From an uncultured delta proteobacterium (GTDB taxonomy: Bacteria > Myxococcota > Myxococcia > Myxococcales > Anaeromyxobacteraceae), in the NCBI GenBank assembly GCA_963766715.1, contig CAVYBH010000002.1:128001-192000 (forward strand): 64,000 nt of DNA, given 5' to 3'. This document shows, in pieces, positions 54,040 through 63,512 of this stretch. Below the pieces are notes generated by a model. The model saw nothing but the letters and a program-made list of their open reading frames with translations. It was not told the origin of the DNA and made no database searches. Positions within the stretch are counted from its first letter, which is position 1. Each line of letters begins with the position of its first letter. Made by a program: the position numbers and the translations under genes.

Positions 54040-55605
54040 GTGACTCCGACGGAGCGGGCCACGCAGTCGCTGCCGGAGTACCTGCGGCGCTACGTGGTCG
54101 ACCAGGACTGGGAGTCCTACACCGTCCGCGACCACGCGGTGTGGCGCCACGTCCTGCGCCGGCTCGTGGCCCACCTCCGCGACCGCGCCCACCCCAGCTA
54201 CCTCGACGGGCTCGCCGCGACCGGCATCGGCACGGAGCGCATCCCCCGGCTCGACGAGATGAACGAGCGGCTGTCCGGCGCCGGCTGGTCGGCCGTGGCC
54301 GTCCGGGGATTCATCCCGCCGGCGGTGTTCACCGGGCTGCAGGCCCGGAGGGTCCTGGCCATCGCGGCCGACATCCGATCCCACGAGCACGTCGAGTACA
54401 CGCCGGCGCCGGACATCATCCACGAGAGCGCCGGGCACGCGCCGATCCTGGCCGACGCGCGATACGCGGAGTACCTGCGCCGATGCGGGGAGGTGGGGAC
54501 GAGGGCCATCGCCAGCACCGCCGACGAGGCCGTCTTCCAGGCGGTGCGGCAGCTCTCCGTGGTGAAGGAGGACCCGTCGGCGACGCCCGCGGGAGATCCG
54601 GCTCGCGGAGGAGCGCCTGGCCGCGGCCTCGGCCTGGCGCCGCCGCGACTCCGAGAGCATCCGCGCCAGCCGTCTCTACTGGTGGACCGCCGAGTACGGC
54701 CTGGTCGGGACGCTCGAGCGCCCCAGGCTCTACGGGGCCGGGCTGCTCTCCTCCATCGGCGAGTCCGCGCACTGCCTCACTCCCGCGGTCCGCAAGGAGT
54801 GGCTCACCGCCGCCTGCGCCGACGTCGGGTACGACATCACCGAGATGCAACCCCGCCTCTTCGTGGTCCCCGAGTTCGACGCCCTCTTCGACGTGCTGGA
54901 GGCCTTCTCCTCCGGGCTGTCGTTCCGGGTGGGAGGAGACCACGGGCTCGACGAGGCGCAGCGGGCCGGGACCGTGAACCACCTCGTCCTCTCGAGCGGC
55001 CTCGAGGTCACCGGTCGCGTCACCCGCCTGCTCGAGGGGGAGCGCCCGGCAGGCCCCGGTCTCCGGACGGCGTTGGTCCGGGTGGAAGGGCCGGTGCTCC
55101 TCTCCCGGGGAGGCTCGCCGAGGGCAGGCCGGTGGAGGGACCGGCGCTCGTCGCCCTGGGGAGCGACGCGCCCGTCCCGCCCGGCCGGTTCCGCCTGGAC
55201 CTCCCCACCGGGCTGGTGCTGGAGGGGTTCTCCGTCGACGGCCGGGAGGTGCTCGACCTTCGGGCCTGGCTGGCGGGGCAAGAGGTCGAGGCGCCTCCCT
55301 GGTGCCGGCTGCTCGTGGCCCGCGAGGTCCCCTCGGTCTCGGGTGGCCCAGCCGACCCGGCGGCCTGGGATCGGTGGTTCGGCGAGCTGGGATCCTTCAC
55401 GGCGGGCGGGGAAGAGGCCCGCGCCCGGGCGCGCAAGGCGGCGGCGCTGCCCTCGGACCTGGCCGACCTCTACGCGCGCGCGCGGACGCTCCGGGAGGCA
55501 GGGCCCGCTGGGCGGGAGGAACTCCTCTCGCTCCGGCGCGCCGCCGAGCGGTTCCCGTCGGAGTGGCTCCTCCACGCCGAGGTGGCGGAGATCGCTTCCG
55601 CCTAG
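54040..55605 (+). CDS. phhA: Aromatic amino acid hydroxylase (phenylalanine 4-monooxygenase, long form), frameshifts near 54590 and 55135
   Basis: YTPAPDIIHESAGHAP, YWWTAEYGL, YGAGLLSSIGES, YDITEMQPRLFV. Confidence 0.9.
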   Translation: MTPTERATQSLPEYLRRYVVDQDWESYTVRDHAVWRHVLRRLVAHLRDRAHPSYLDGLAATGIGTERIPRLDEMNERLSGAGWSAVAVRGFIPPAVFTGLQARRVLAIAADIRSHEHVEYTPAPDIIHESAGHAPILADARYAEYLRRCGEVGTRAIASTADEAVFQAVRQLSVVKEDPSATPAGDPARGGAPGRGLGLAPPRLREHPRQPSLLVDRRVRPGRDARAPQALRGRAALLHRRVRALPHSRGPQGVAHRRLRRRRVRHHRDATPPLRGPRVRRPLRRAGGLLLRAVVPGGRRPRARRGAAGRDREPPRPLERPRGHRSRHPPARGGAPGRPRSPDGVGPGGRAGAPLPGRLAEGRPVEGPALVALGSDAPVPPGRFRLDLPTGLVLEGFSVDGREVLDLRAWLAGQEVEAPPWCRLLVAREVPSVSGGPADPAAWDRWFGELGSFTAGGEEARARARKAAALPSDLADLYARARTLREAGPAGREELLSLRRAAERFPSEWLLHAEVAEIASA

Positions 55606-55618
55606 GGCGTCGCGTCGA

Positions 55619-56209
55619 TCAGCCGCGCCGCCAGCGCCCGGGTTCCCATCGCCAGGCGCCTCGATCCGGCTTCCAGTGCCCCTCGATCCAGCGCATCCCG
55701 GGGCGAGGCGCGGACCACGTCCCCGCGACCCAGGCGAAGCGCTGGCCGGTCCATGCCCAGAAGCCGGGGATCCAGACCGCGTCGCGAGAAGGCGGCGTGC
55801 CCGGGGACTCGACGAGGAGGGGAGGCGGCGGCGCTCTCGCCACCAGGTGCGCCACCGGCGGGGGCTCGTGGACCGTGGAAGGGGAGCCGGCCGACGGGGA
55901 CCAGCAGGGCTCGTGGAACGTCCACCCGCGGTCGTCGCTGGTCCAGCGGGCGGCGATCCACGTGTACGGCGGGTGGCCCGGAGGATCGGCCCACTGCCCC
56001 GGTACCCAGGCGAACGCCCCGTCCGACCACTGCCAGTACCCGTCGATCCAGACGGCTGCGGGGCCAGGCGGCGGACCGCGCGGATCCGACAGCGGAGCAG
56101 GCGGTGCGCCGTTCGTGGCCATCCGGACCCCAGGAATCGAGGGCGGGGTGTCGCCGCGGGCCGGGGCGGCGAGGAGGAGGGTGACCGCGAGGGCACAGGC
56201 GAGGCGCAT
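55619..56209 (-). CDS. Secreted YXWGXW-repeat protein
   Basis: Signal peptide; VWIDGYW, AWVPGQW, VWIPGFW, WVAGTW, WIEGHW, WEPGRW separated by Pro-rich linkers. Confidence 0.88.
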   Translation of the reverse strand: MRLACALAVTLLLAAPARGDTPPSIPGVRMATNGAPPAPLSDPRGPPPGPAAVWIDGYWQWSDGAFAWVPGQWADPPGHPPYTWIAARWTSDDRGWTFHEPCWSPSAGSPSTVHEPPPVAHLVARAPPPPLLVESPGTPPSRDAVWIPGFWAWTGQRFAWVAGTWSAPRPGMRWIEGHWKPDRGAWRWEPGRWRRG

Positions 56210-56266
56210 GGCGGGGAACAGCCTACCGGAGGATGCGAACCGGGGACACGGTGTTACGATCCGATC

Positions 56267-57190
56267 ATGACCGACGCCGAACGGAGCGCCATCCTCGCCA
56301 TCGCCATCCACGCCGCCTTCGTCGACGGGGCCACGGATCGGGAACGCGACCAGATCCGCCGCGTGGCCGAATCGATGGCCGGAGATCCCGCCGCGGGCCT
56401 CTCCTCCGCCTACCAGTCGGTCCTGGTGGAGAACCGCACGGTGGACCAGGCCGCCGCGGTGCTGACCACCCCCGAGACCCGCCGCTTCGCCTACGAGATG
56501 GCGGTGGCCGTGGCCGAGTCGGACGGGGCGCGGAGCCCCGCCGAGCGGGCCTTCCTCGACCGGCTCCGCGTCGCGCTGGCCGTCGAGGCCGGACCGGCCG
56601 CCGAGATGGAGAAGCAGACGCAGGTGCTCATGACCACGCCGCTCTCCGGCGCCGCGGCGCCCGCCCAGCCGGATCCCGCCGCGCTGGACGCGAAGATCCT
56701 CAACTACGCCATCCTGAACGGCGCGCTCGAGCTCCTGCCCGAGTCGCTCGCCACCATGGCCATCATCCCGCTCCAGATGAAGCTCGTGTACGAGGTGGGC
56801 CTGGCCCACGGGCACGAGCTGGACCGGGGACACGTCACCGAGCTCCTCGCCACGGTGGGGATCGGCGTCACCGGCCAGGCCATCGAGCAGGTGGGTCGCA
56901 AGATCCTGGGCGGCATCCTCGGGTCGATCGGGGGCCGCATGCTGGGCGGGCTGGGGCGCCAGGCCGCGAGCTCCGGAGTCGCCTTCGCCACGACCTACGC
57001 CATCGGCCAGGTCGCCAAGGAGTACTACGCGAGCGGACGCACCATCGACGCGGCCCGGCTGAAGCAGGTGTTCCAGCGGATGCTGGAGGAGGCCCGCGGG
57101 CTGGCCGGGAACTACTCCGGCCAGATCGCCGAGAAGGCCCGCACCCTCGACATGTCGAAGATCCTGTCGATCGTGAAGGGCGGGCCCTAG
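56267..57190 (+). CDS. TerB-like (DUF533) plus DUF697/YcjF-like domain protein
   Basis: AAFVDG...ERDQI and YEMAVAVAESDG...ERAFLDRL, followed by IIPLQMKLVYEVG...ATTYAIGQVAKEYY. Confidence 0.8.
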   Translation: MTDAERSAILAIAIHAAFVDGATDRERDQIRRVAESMAGDPAAGLSSAYQSVLVENRTVDQAAAVLTTPETRRFAYEMAVAVAESDGARSPAERAFLDRLRVALAVEAGPAAEMEKQTQVLMTTPLSGAAAPAQPDPAALDAKILNYAILNGALELLPESLATMAIIPLQMKLVYEVGLAHGHELDRGHVTELLATVGIGVTGQAIEQVGRKILGGILGSIGGRMLGGLGRQAASSGVAFATTYAIGQVAKEYYASGRTIDAARLKQVFQRMLEEARGLAGNYSGQIAEKARTLDMSKILSIVKGGP

Positions 57191-57199
57191 CCCTCGCCC

Positions 57200-58204
57200 C
57201 TACCGGGGATTCGGGCCGTAGGGGTTGGCGCGCAGCGCGCCCGCGATGTCCTGGATCGCCTTCTGGGCGCGGACGCTGTTGCCGGCCGCGTCGAGCGGAG
57301 GCGAGAAGACCGCGATCCCGAAGCGTCCCGGGGCCACGGCGATGATGCCGCCGCCCACGCCGCTCTTGGCGGGGAGTCCCACCCGGTAGAGCCAGATCCC
57401 CGAATCGTCGTAGAGCCCCGCCGTGGCCATCACCGCGAGGACGCGGAGCGTGTGGTCCGGGGAGATCACCTGCTTGCCCGTGATCGGGTTCTTGCCGCCG
57501 TTGGCGAGCGTCGCCGCCATGACCGCCAGGTCGGACGCGGTCACCGAGATGGAGCACTGGCGGGTGTAGAGGTCGGTGGAGACGAGCGGGTCGTAGTAGA
57601 GCCGGCCGTAGGCGTGCATCAGCAGGGCGATGGCGCGGTTGCGCTCGTTCGTGTCCGACTCCGACTTGTAGACCTCCTGGTTCACCGTGAGCTTCCGCCC
57701 GGCGAAGGCCTCGTGGATCCCGATGATCCGGGCCCACTTCTCCTCGGGCGTCTTCCCCTCGACCAGGCTGGTGGTGGCGATGGCGCCCGGGTTCACGAAG
57801 GGGTTCATCTCCTTCCCCCGCATGAGCTCGATGGCCACGATGGAGTTGAAGACCTGGCCGGTCGCGTCCACCCCGATCTTCTCCAGGACCGCCTCGGCCC
57901 CGGCGGTCTCGATCACGCTGGCCAGCGTGAACACCTTGGAGATGGACTGGATCGAGAAGGGAGAGGCCACGTCTCCCTTCTGGAAGGTCTTCCCGTCCAC
58001 GGTGACGACGGCGATGCCGAAGAGCTTGGGGTCGACCTGGGCGAGGGCGGGGATGTAGTCGGCGTTCTTGCCCTCCTCGAGCGTCCGGTACTTCGCGTAG
58101 GCGGCGTCGAGGGCGGCGGGGATCGGCGCGGGAGCGGCGTCGGCGCGCGCGCCGAACGAGAACGCCGCGACCGCGAGGACCACGAGGGATCGGAGCGTCG
58201 TCAT
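57200..58204 (-). CDS. glsA: Glutaminase A with N-terminal signal peptide
   Basis: ADYIPAL, FSIQSISKVF, NPFVNPGAI, YTRQCS, GLPAKSGVGGG, GNSVR. Confidence 0.95.
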   Translation of the reverse strand: MTTLRSLVVLAVAAFSFGARADAAPAPIPAALDAAYAKYRTLEEGKNADYIPALAQVDPKLFGIAVVTVDGKTFQKGDVASPFSIQSISKVFTLASVIETAGAEAVLEKIGVDATGQVFNSIVAIELMRGKEMNPFVNPGAIATTSLVEGKTPEEKWARIIGIHEAFAGRKLTVNQEVYKSESDTNERNRAIALLMHAYGRLYYDPLVSTDLYTRQCSISVTASDLAVMAATLANGGKNPITGKQVISPDHTLRVLAVMATAGLYDDSGIWLYRVGLPAKSGVGGGIIAVAPGRFGIAVFSPPLDAAGNSVRAQKAIQDIAGALRANPYGPNPR

Positions 58205-58251
58205 TCTCCCTGGAGAGTGATTCTACGCGCTGGCGCAGGGCCCGATGGGTG

Positions 58252-59275
58252 TCACTTCCGGTACGTCCAGCCGACCGTGAAGGAGGTGAGGAAGTCGTTC
58301 TTCGAGGCGGTCGGGTCGGGCGGCCGGGTGTCGAAGGTGTCGGTGAACTGGAGCCCGGTGTTGAAGTCCTTGAAGATCTCGTACTTGATCTTGAACGTGA
58401 AGGTGCCGCGGAGGCGCCCGAAGTCGGAGAGCCCGGGCAGCAGCAGGAGCTCGGTGGTCATGTCGAGCTTGGGCGTGTCGTACCGGAAGGCGGTCCACGG
58501 CACCCCGAGCAGCCCGTCGAAGGTGAAGTTCGGGTCGCCCGAGGTGTACTGCTCGCGCGAGCCGGCGAGGCCCGCGGTGAGCCAGACCTCGGTCCAGGTG
58601 TTCCGCACCGCGGAGTAGCCCGCGCCCGCGTAGATCGTGGTGCGCAGGATCAGGGCCAGCTCGTCGTTGTGGTAGAGCTGCGCCGCCAGGAAGGCCCGCC
58701 AGTGGCTCTCGAAGTAGTAGTCGCCCTGCAGCGAGATCGAGTACTGGCTCACCGCGACGTTGCTTCGCGTCGTTCTGGTAGTAGGCGTCGAAGTTGAGCT
58801 TGGAGCCGAAGTCCCGCGAGCGGTAGGCCACGTCGCCCGAGGTCGAGATGGTGGTCGCCGAGTTGGCCTTGGCGAAGGTGAATCCCAGGTCGAAGCTCGC
58901 GCGGATGCGGCCGAAGAACGTGTCGTCCATCGGGACGAGCTCCACGACCTGGTCGGTGCGGAACACGTAGGCCGTCGGCAGGTCCCCCACCGCGAGCTCC
59001 CGGTCGGCGGGCGACGACAGCACGCCGTAGTAGCGCTCGCCCGACGTGAGCTCCGCCTCGTAGCTGTAGGCGGACGTCACGCGCAGGACCTTGTCCCACT
59101 TGATGGAGAGGCGGCCGGCGTCGTCGGTGTTGAAGTCGACCTTGCCGCGGGACATGCCCTTGATCTCGCCGGTCAGGACGTCGCCGTTGCGGAGGACCAG
59201 GACGTCGGTCTTGTCGCGCGCCAGGGCGGGCGCGGCGGCGAGGAGCAGGGCGGCGGCGAGCAGGCGTCGGGACAC
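58252..59275 (-). CDS. DUF481 outer-membrane beta-barrel protein, frameshift near 58760
   Basis: Signal peptide, KTDVLVLRNGDVLTGEIK, amphipathic strands and terminal TVGWTY. Confidence 0.8.
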
Positions 59276-59326
59276 CGGCGCGGATGGTCGCAGAGGGCGC
59301 GGCTGCCGTCCACCTCGCGGCGACGG

Positions 59327-59827
59327 TCAGGGGCGCATCGCGGCCCGGCAGGCCGGCGAGAGGTCCTTCCCCTTGTAGAGCAGGCACAGGAAGAGGTCGC
59401 CCTTCCCGGCCTTGGCTGCCGGGCAGATGCGCCGGGCGTCGTCGGCGCAGGCCTTCGCGCTCGCCTTCTCCGCCCGCGTGAAGGCGTCGAAGTCGTCCTG
59501 GCAGCGGCGCGTCAGCTTCCCCTGGTTGTCGCTCAGGCAGGTCGCGGTGGGCACGCCGCGACCCACGCCGCGGCAGAGCTGGAAGGCGTCCGGCTCGCAG
59601 TCCTGGATCATGGCCTGGACGCTGACGAGCGAGAACTCGAGGTAGTCCCTGCAGTCGCTCGCCAGGTCGGCCCGGTGGGACTGCAGGCAGGAGAGCAGCT
59701 CCACCGGAGTCTTCCCGCTGCAGAAGCGGGCGGAATCGGCGGCGCACGGGTCGTCGGCCCAGGCGCGCGGCGCCGCCAGGAGGAGGAACGAGGCGGCGAG
59801 CCAGGACGCGCGTGTCGATCGGGTCAT
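59327..59827 (-). CDS. Secreted cysteine-rich repeat protein
   Basis: Signal peptide and three C-x2-D-x4-C...CL...L-x3-C units (CAADSARFC, CEPDAFQLC, CADDARRIC). GGAGG RBS. Confidence 0.82.
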   Translation of the reverse strand: MTRSTRASWLAASFLLLAAPRAWADDPCAADSARFCSGKTPVELLSCLQSHRADLASDCRDYLEFSLVSVQAMIQDCEPDAFQLCRGVGRGVPTATCLSDNQGKLTRRCQDDFDAFTRAEKASAKACADDARRICPAAKAGKGDLFLCLLYKGKDLSPACRAAMRP

Positions 59828-59972
59828 GTCCGAATCCTCCCGGGAAACCCCGAGCATAGCGCATCGCCCCGAGGAGTCAGCGGTCGTCGACCCCAGGGAG
59901 GGCGTGGGCGCCACTCGGGGTGGCACGGCGCCCAGCGGCCGCTAGGAGCCTGGATCAAAAGGAGGGTTTCCC

Positions 59973-60506
59973 ATGAGGCGGATCCTGATCGCGTGCGCGT
60001 TGCTGGTGGGAGTGGCGGCCGTGGCCCGGGCGGAGGACCAGGCGCCGAAGCCCGGACCCGACACCGAGCGGCTCGGCTTCTTCGTCGGCAAGTGGAAGAC
60101 CACCGGGGAGATGAAGGAGACCGCCTTCGGTCCCGGCGGGAAGTTCACGGCCAAGGAGAGCTGCGAGTGGTTCTCGGGGAAGTTCTCCCTCGTCTGCAAG
60201 AGCAAGGGGAAGGGGCCCACCGGCCCCACCGAGGGGCTCGGGATCATGGCCTACAACTCCGAGGAGAAGGTCTACGTCTACTACGGCGTCGACAACGGCC
60301 CGATGGCCATGACCACGGTCCCGCGCGGGAGCTTCGCCGACGACGCCTGGTCGTACGAGGACGAGTCGAAGATGGGCGGACAGATGGTGAAGTCCCGCTA
60401 CGTCATGAAGAAGACCGGCAAGAAGTCCTACGCCTCGTCGTGGTCGATCCAGGGCGCGGACGGACAGTGGAAGACCGTGATGGAAGCCGACTCGACCCGG
60501 GACTGA
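59973..60506 (+). CDS. Secreted DUF1579-like protein
   Basis: GGAGG RBS, signal peptide, PKPGP...LGFFVGKW, CEWFSGKF, YVYYGVDN. Confidence 0.75.
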   Translation: MRRILIACALLVGVAAVARAEDQAPKPGPDTERLGFFVGKWKTTGEMKETAFGPGGKFTAKESCEWFSGKFSLVCKSKGKGPTGPTEGLGIMAYNSEEKVYVYYGVDNGPMAMTTVPRGSFADDAWSYEDESKMGGQMVKSRYVMKKTGKKSYASSWSIQGADGQWKTVMEADSTRD

Positions 60507-60531
60507 CGGGCGGACCAGCCAGGAGACGAGC

Positions 60532-61419
60532 ATGATCGTGGTGATGGGAGCGAGCGGGCACACCGGGAAGGTCGCGGCCGAGGCACTGCTCGCGCGAGGG
60601 GAGAAGGTCCGGGTCCTGGGGCGCGACGCGGGAAAGCTCCAGGCGTTCGCGGCGCGCGGCGCCGAGGTGGTGACGGGCGACGCGTCGGATCCCGCCTTCC
60701 TGGCCAGGGCCTTCGCCGGGGCCGAGGCGGCCTACACCCTGATCCCGCCCGACGTCCGCGTCCCCGACTTCCGGGCCTACCAGGACCGGATGGGCGAGGC
60801 CACCGTGAAGGCGCTGCGGCAGGCCGGCGTGAAGCGGGTGGCCCTGCTCTCCAGCGTGGGAGCCGACCTCCCGGCCGGCACGGGGCCCATCGCCGGGCTC
60901 CACGCGCAGGAGGAGCGGCTTCGCGGGCTGGGCGTCGACGTGCTGCTCCTGCGTCCGGGGTACTTCTTCGAGAACCTCTACGCGAGCGTGCCGCTCATCC
61001 AGCACCAGGGGATCAACGGGAGCGCCATCGCACCCGACGTGAAGATGTCGATGATCGCCACCCGCGACATCGGCGCGGCGGCCGCCTCGGCGCTGGCCGC
61101 CCGGGACTTCTCGGGGGTCCAGGTCCGCAACCTCCTCGGCCCCCGCGACCTGACGATGGTCGAGGTGACGCGCATCCTGGGCGCGCGGATCGGCAAGCCC
61201 GACCTGGCCTACGTCCAGTTCCCCTACGACGCGTTCCAGGCGGCTCTCGAGCAGGCCGGGCTCTCGAAGGACCTGGCGCGGCTCTACGGCGAGATGTCGA
61301 GGGCCTTCAACGACGGCATCGTGAAGCCCGTGGGCGGTCGCACCCCGGCGAGCACGACGCCCACGACCTTCGAGACCTTCGCGGGCGAGCTGGCGGCCGC
61401 GTTCGGTCCGGTGAAGTAG
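60532..61419 (+). CDS. NmrA-like NAD(P)-binding protein
   Basis: VMGASGHTG, LSSVGA, LRPGYFFEN, IATRDIG, TPTTFE. Confidence 0.9.
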   Translation: MIVVMGASGHTGKVAAEALLARGEKVRVLGRDAGKLQAFAARGAEVVTGDASDPAFLARAFAGAEAAYTLIPPDVRVPDFRAYQDRMGEATVKALRQAGVKRVALLSSVGADLPAGTGPIAGLHAQEERLRGLGVDVLLLRPGYFFENLYASVPLIQHQGINGSAIAPDVKMSMIATRDIGAAAASALAARDFSGVQVRNLLGPRDLTMVEVTRILGARIGKPDLAYVQFPYDAFQAALEQAGLSKDLARLYGEMSRAFNDGIVKPVGGRTPASTTPTTFETFAGELAAAFGPVK

Positions 61420-61428
61420 ACTGCGGGG

Positions 61429-61980
61429 ATGCCACTCCCGTCCCGCCCCGACCTCCGCTCCTGGCTCGCCCTCGTCCCGGCCCTGGCCGTCGCCTCGATG
61501 GCCCTGGCCGGCTGCGCGTCGATGCGGCTCGCCAGCGAGCAGAACGACTACTACCGGACCCGGCTCGACGCCTACGGGTACACGCAGAGCTGCCTGGACG
61601 CCTGGCCGGAGGTGCTGAAGCTCCTGGGCTCGAAGGGCTACCCGCTCCAGGGCCGGGACAGGCAGTACGCCGGGCAGGGCAAGGAAGGGGCGCTCGCGTC
61701 CTTCGTCGACCAGGGTTCCGAGACGCGCGCCGTGGAGGGAGGCGGCCTCGCCGTGCGGACCGGCTGGCTTCCGGACGCGGAGGGGAGGGGCCGCTACGAG
61801 GTGACCGGCGATCCGGGCCAGCCGTCCGGCTGCGTCGTCACCTTCACGCGCATCTACTCCGGGACGATGGACCCGGCCTCGGAGACCCGGACCGTCGACT
61901 GGAAGATCCAGCTCGAGCTCCTGAAGCGGCTCGACCCGGCCGCCGCGGGGCGCATCGAGGCCGCCGCGCCGAAGGCCTGA
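61429..61980 (+). CDS. Hypothetical lipoprotein
   Basis: Lipobox LAGC; GC3-biased intact 183-aa ORF. Confidence 0.75.
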   Translation: MPLPSRPDLRSWLALVPALAVASMALAGCASMRLASEQNDYYRTRLDAYGYTQSCLDAWPEVLKLLGSKGYPLQGRDRQYAGQGKEGALASFVDQGSETRAVEGGGLAVRTGWLPDAEGRGRYEVTGDPGQPSGCVVTFTRIYSGTMDPASETRTVDWKIQLELLKRLDPAAAGRIEAAAPKA

Positions 61981-62057
61981 CGGGCTCCCTGCGGCGATCT
62001 CGCCGCCACGTCCGGAAACGGCGAGACGCGCCGGGCCGGCCCGGGTAGACCCTGGCC

Positions 62058-63512
62058 ATGACGCTCGACGCCGAGACCTGCTGGAAGGCGCTCTCCGCCC
62101 GGGACGCCCGCTTCGACGGTCGATTCCTGGTGGGGGTCCGCACCACCGGCGTGTACTGCAGGCCGGTCTGCCCGGCGCGCACGCCGCGGCGCGACCGGTG
62201 CGAGTTCTTCTCCCGCGCCGCCGAGGCGGAGCGGGACGGTTACCGGGCCTGCTTCCGCTGCCGCCCGGAGCTGGCGCCGGGCGGAGGGTCCGTCGACGCG
62301 GTGCCCCGTCTGGTCGCCGCCGCGGTGTCCCGGATCGACGAGGGCTTCCTCAACGAGGCGTCGGTCGACGACCTGGCCGCCTCGCTCGGGATCACCGCCC
62401 GCCACCTGCGGCGCGCCGTGGGCTCGGAGCTGGGCGTCTCGGTGATCGACCTGGCCCAGTCCCGCCGCATGGCGCTCGCCGAAGCAGCTCGATCCAGGAC
62501 ACCTCGCTCCCCATGGCCGAGGTGGCCTTCGCGGCGGGCTTCTCGAGCGTCCGGCGCTTCAACGCCCTGTTCCGCGCCCGGTTCGGCCGCTCCCCGTCCG
62601 GGCTTCGCCGCGCCCACGGGGACGAGGCGCCGGCTGCGCTCACGCTCCGGCTCGACTACCGGCCCCCGATCGACTGGGAGGCGATGCTCGAGTTCCTGGC
62701 GGGCCGCTGCACGGCCGGCGTCGAGCAGATCGACGGGGCGGCCTACCGGCGGACGGTGCGGATTGGCCGGAGGACCGGCTGGGTCTCGGTGACGCGCGAC
62801 CCGAGGCGCGACGCGCTGCGGGCCGAGGTCTCCCTCTCGCTCGCCTCGGCGTTGCTCCCGCTCGTGGCCCGGCTGAGGGCGCTCTTCGACCTGGACGCCC
62901 ACCCGGGGGCGGTGGCCGCGGCCCTGCGCCGCGACCCGCTCCTGGCGCCGTCGGTGCGCCGCGTTCCCGGACTGCGCGTGAACGGCGCCTTCGACGGCTT
63001 CGAGTCGGCGGTCCGGGTGGTGCTGGGACAGCAGGTGAGCGTCCGGGCGGCCACCACGGTGGCGGGGCGCGTGGCCGCGGCCCTGGGAGAGCCCGTCCAG
63101 ACTCCCTTCCCCGGGCTCGACCGGCTTCCCGCCACGGCGGAGGCGGTCCTGGCGGCCGGGGAGGACAGGCTGGCGCGCATCGGGATGCCCGGCGCGCGAG
63201 CCCGGACGCTCCTCGCCCTGGCCGGCGCGGTCCTCTCCGGGGAGCTGACGCTCTCGCGAGGCGCCGACCCGGAGCTCGTCCGCGAGCGGATGCTCGCCCT
63301 TCCCGGCGTGGGGCCGTGGACGGCCAACCTGGTCGCCATGCGGGCGCTGGGCGCGCCGGACGCATTCCCGGCCGGCGATCTGGGCGTGCTCCGCGCGCTG
63401 GGGACGGCGTCCGCGCTGGCGGCCGAGGCGCGGGCGGAGGCCTGGCGGCCCTGGCGGGCCTATGCGGCGATGCACCTGTGGAACCTGCCGTCGAATCGGA
63501 GGTGGAGCATGA
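62058..63512 (+). CDS. alkA: Ada-N/AraC regulator fused to AlkA 3-methyladenine glycosylase, frameshift near 62487
   Basis: RDARFDG, TTGVYCRPVC, RACFRCRP, AGFSSVRRFN, LGQQVSV, LPGVGPWTA, DAFPAGDLG, WRPWRAYAAMHLW. End approximate. Confidence 0.9.

Noticed and set aside
54845..57190. 781-aa PhhA-TerB fusion ORF
   Set aside because: The middle runs antisense through the YXWGXW gene. PhhA ends at 55605 and the TerB-like gene starts at 56267.
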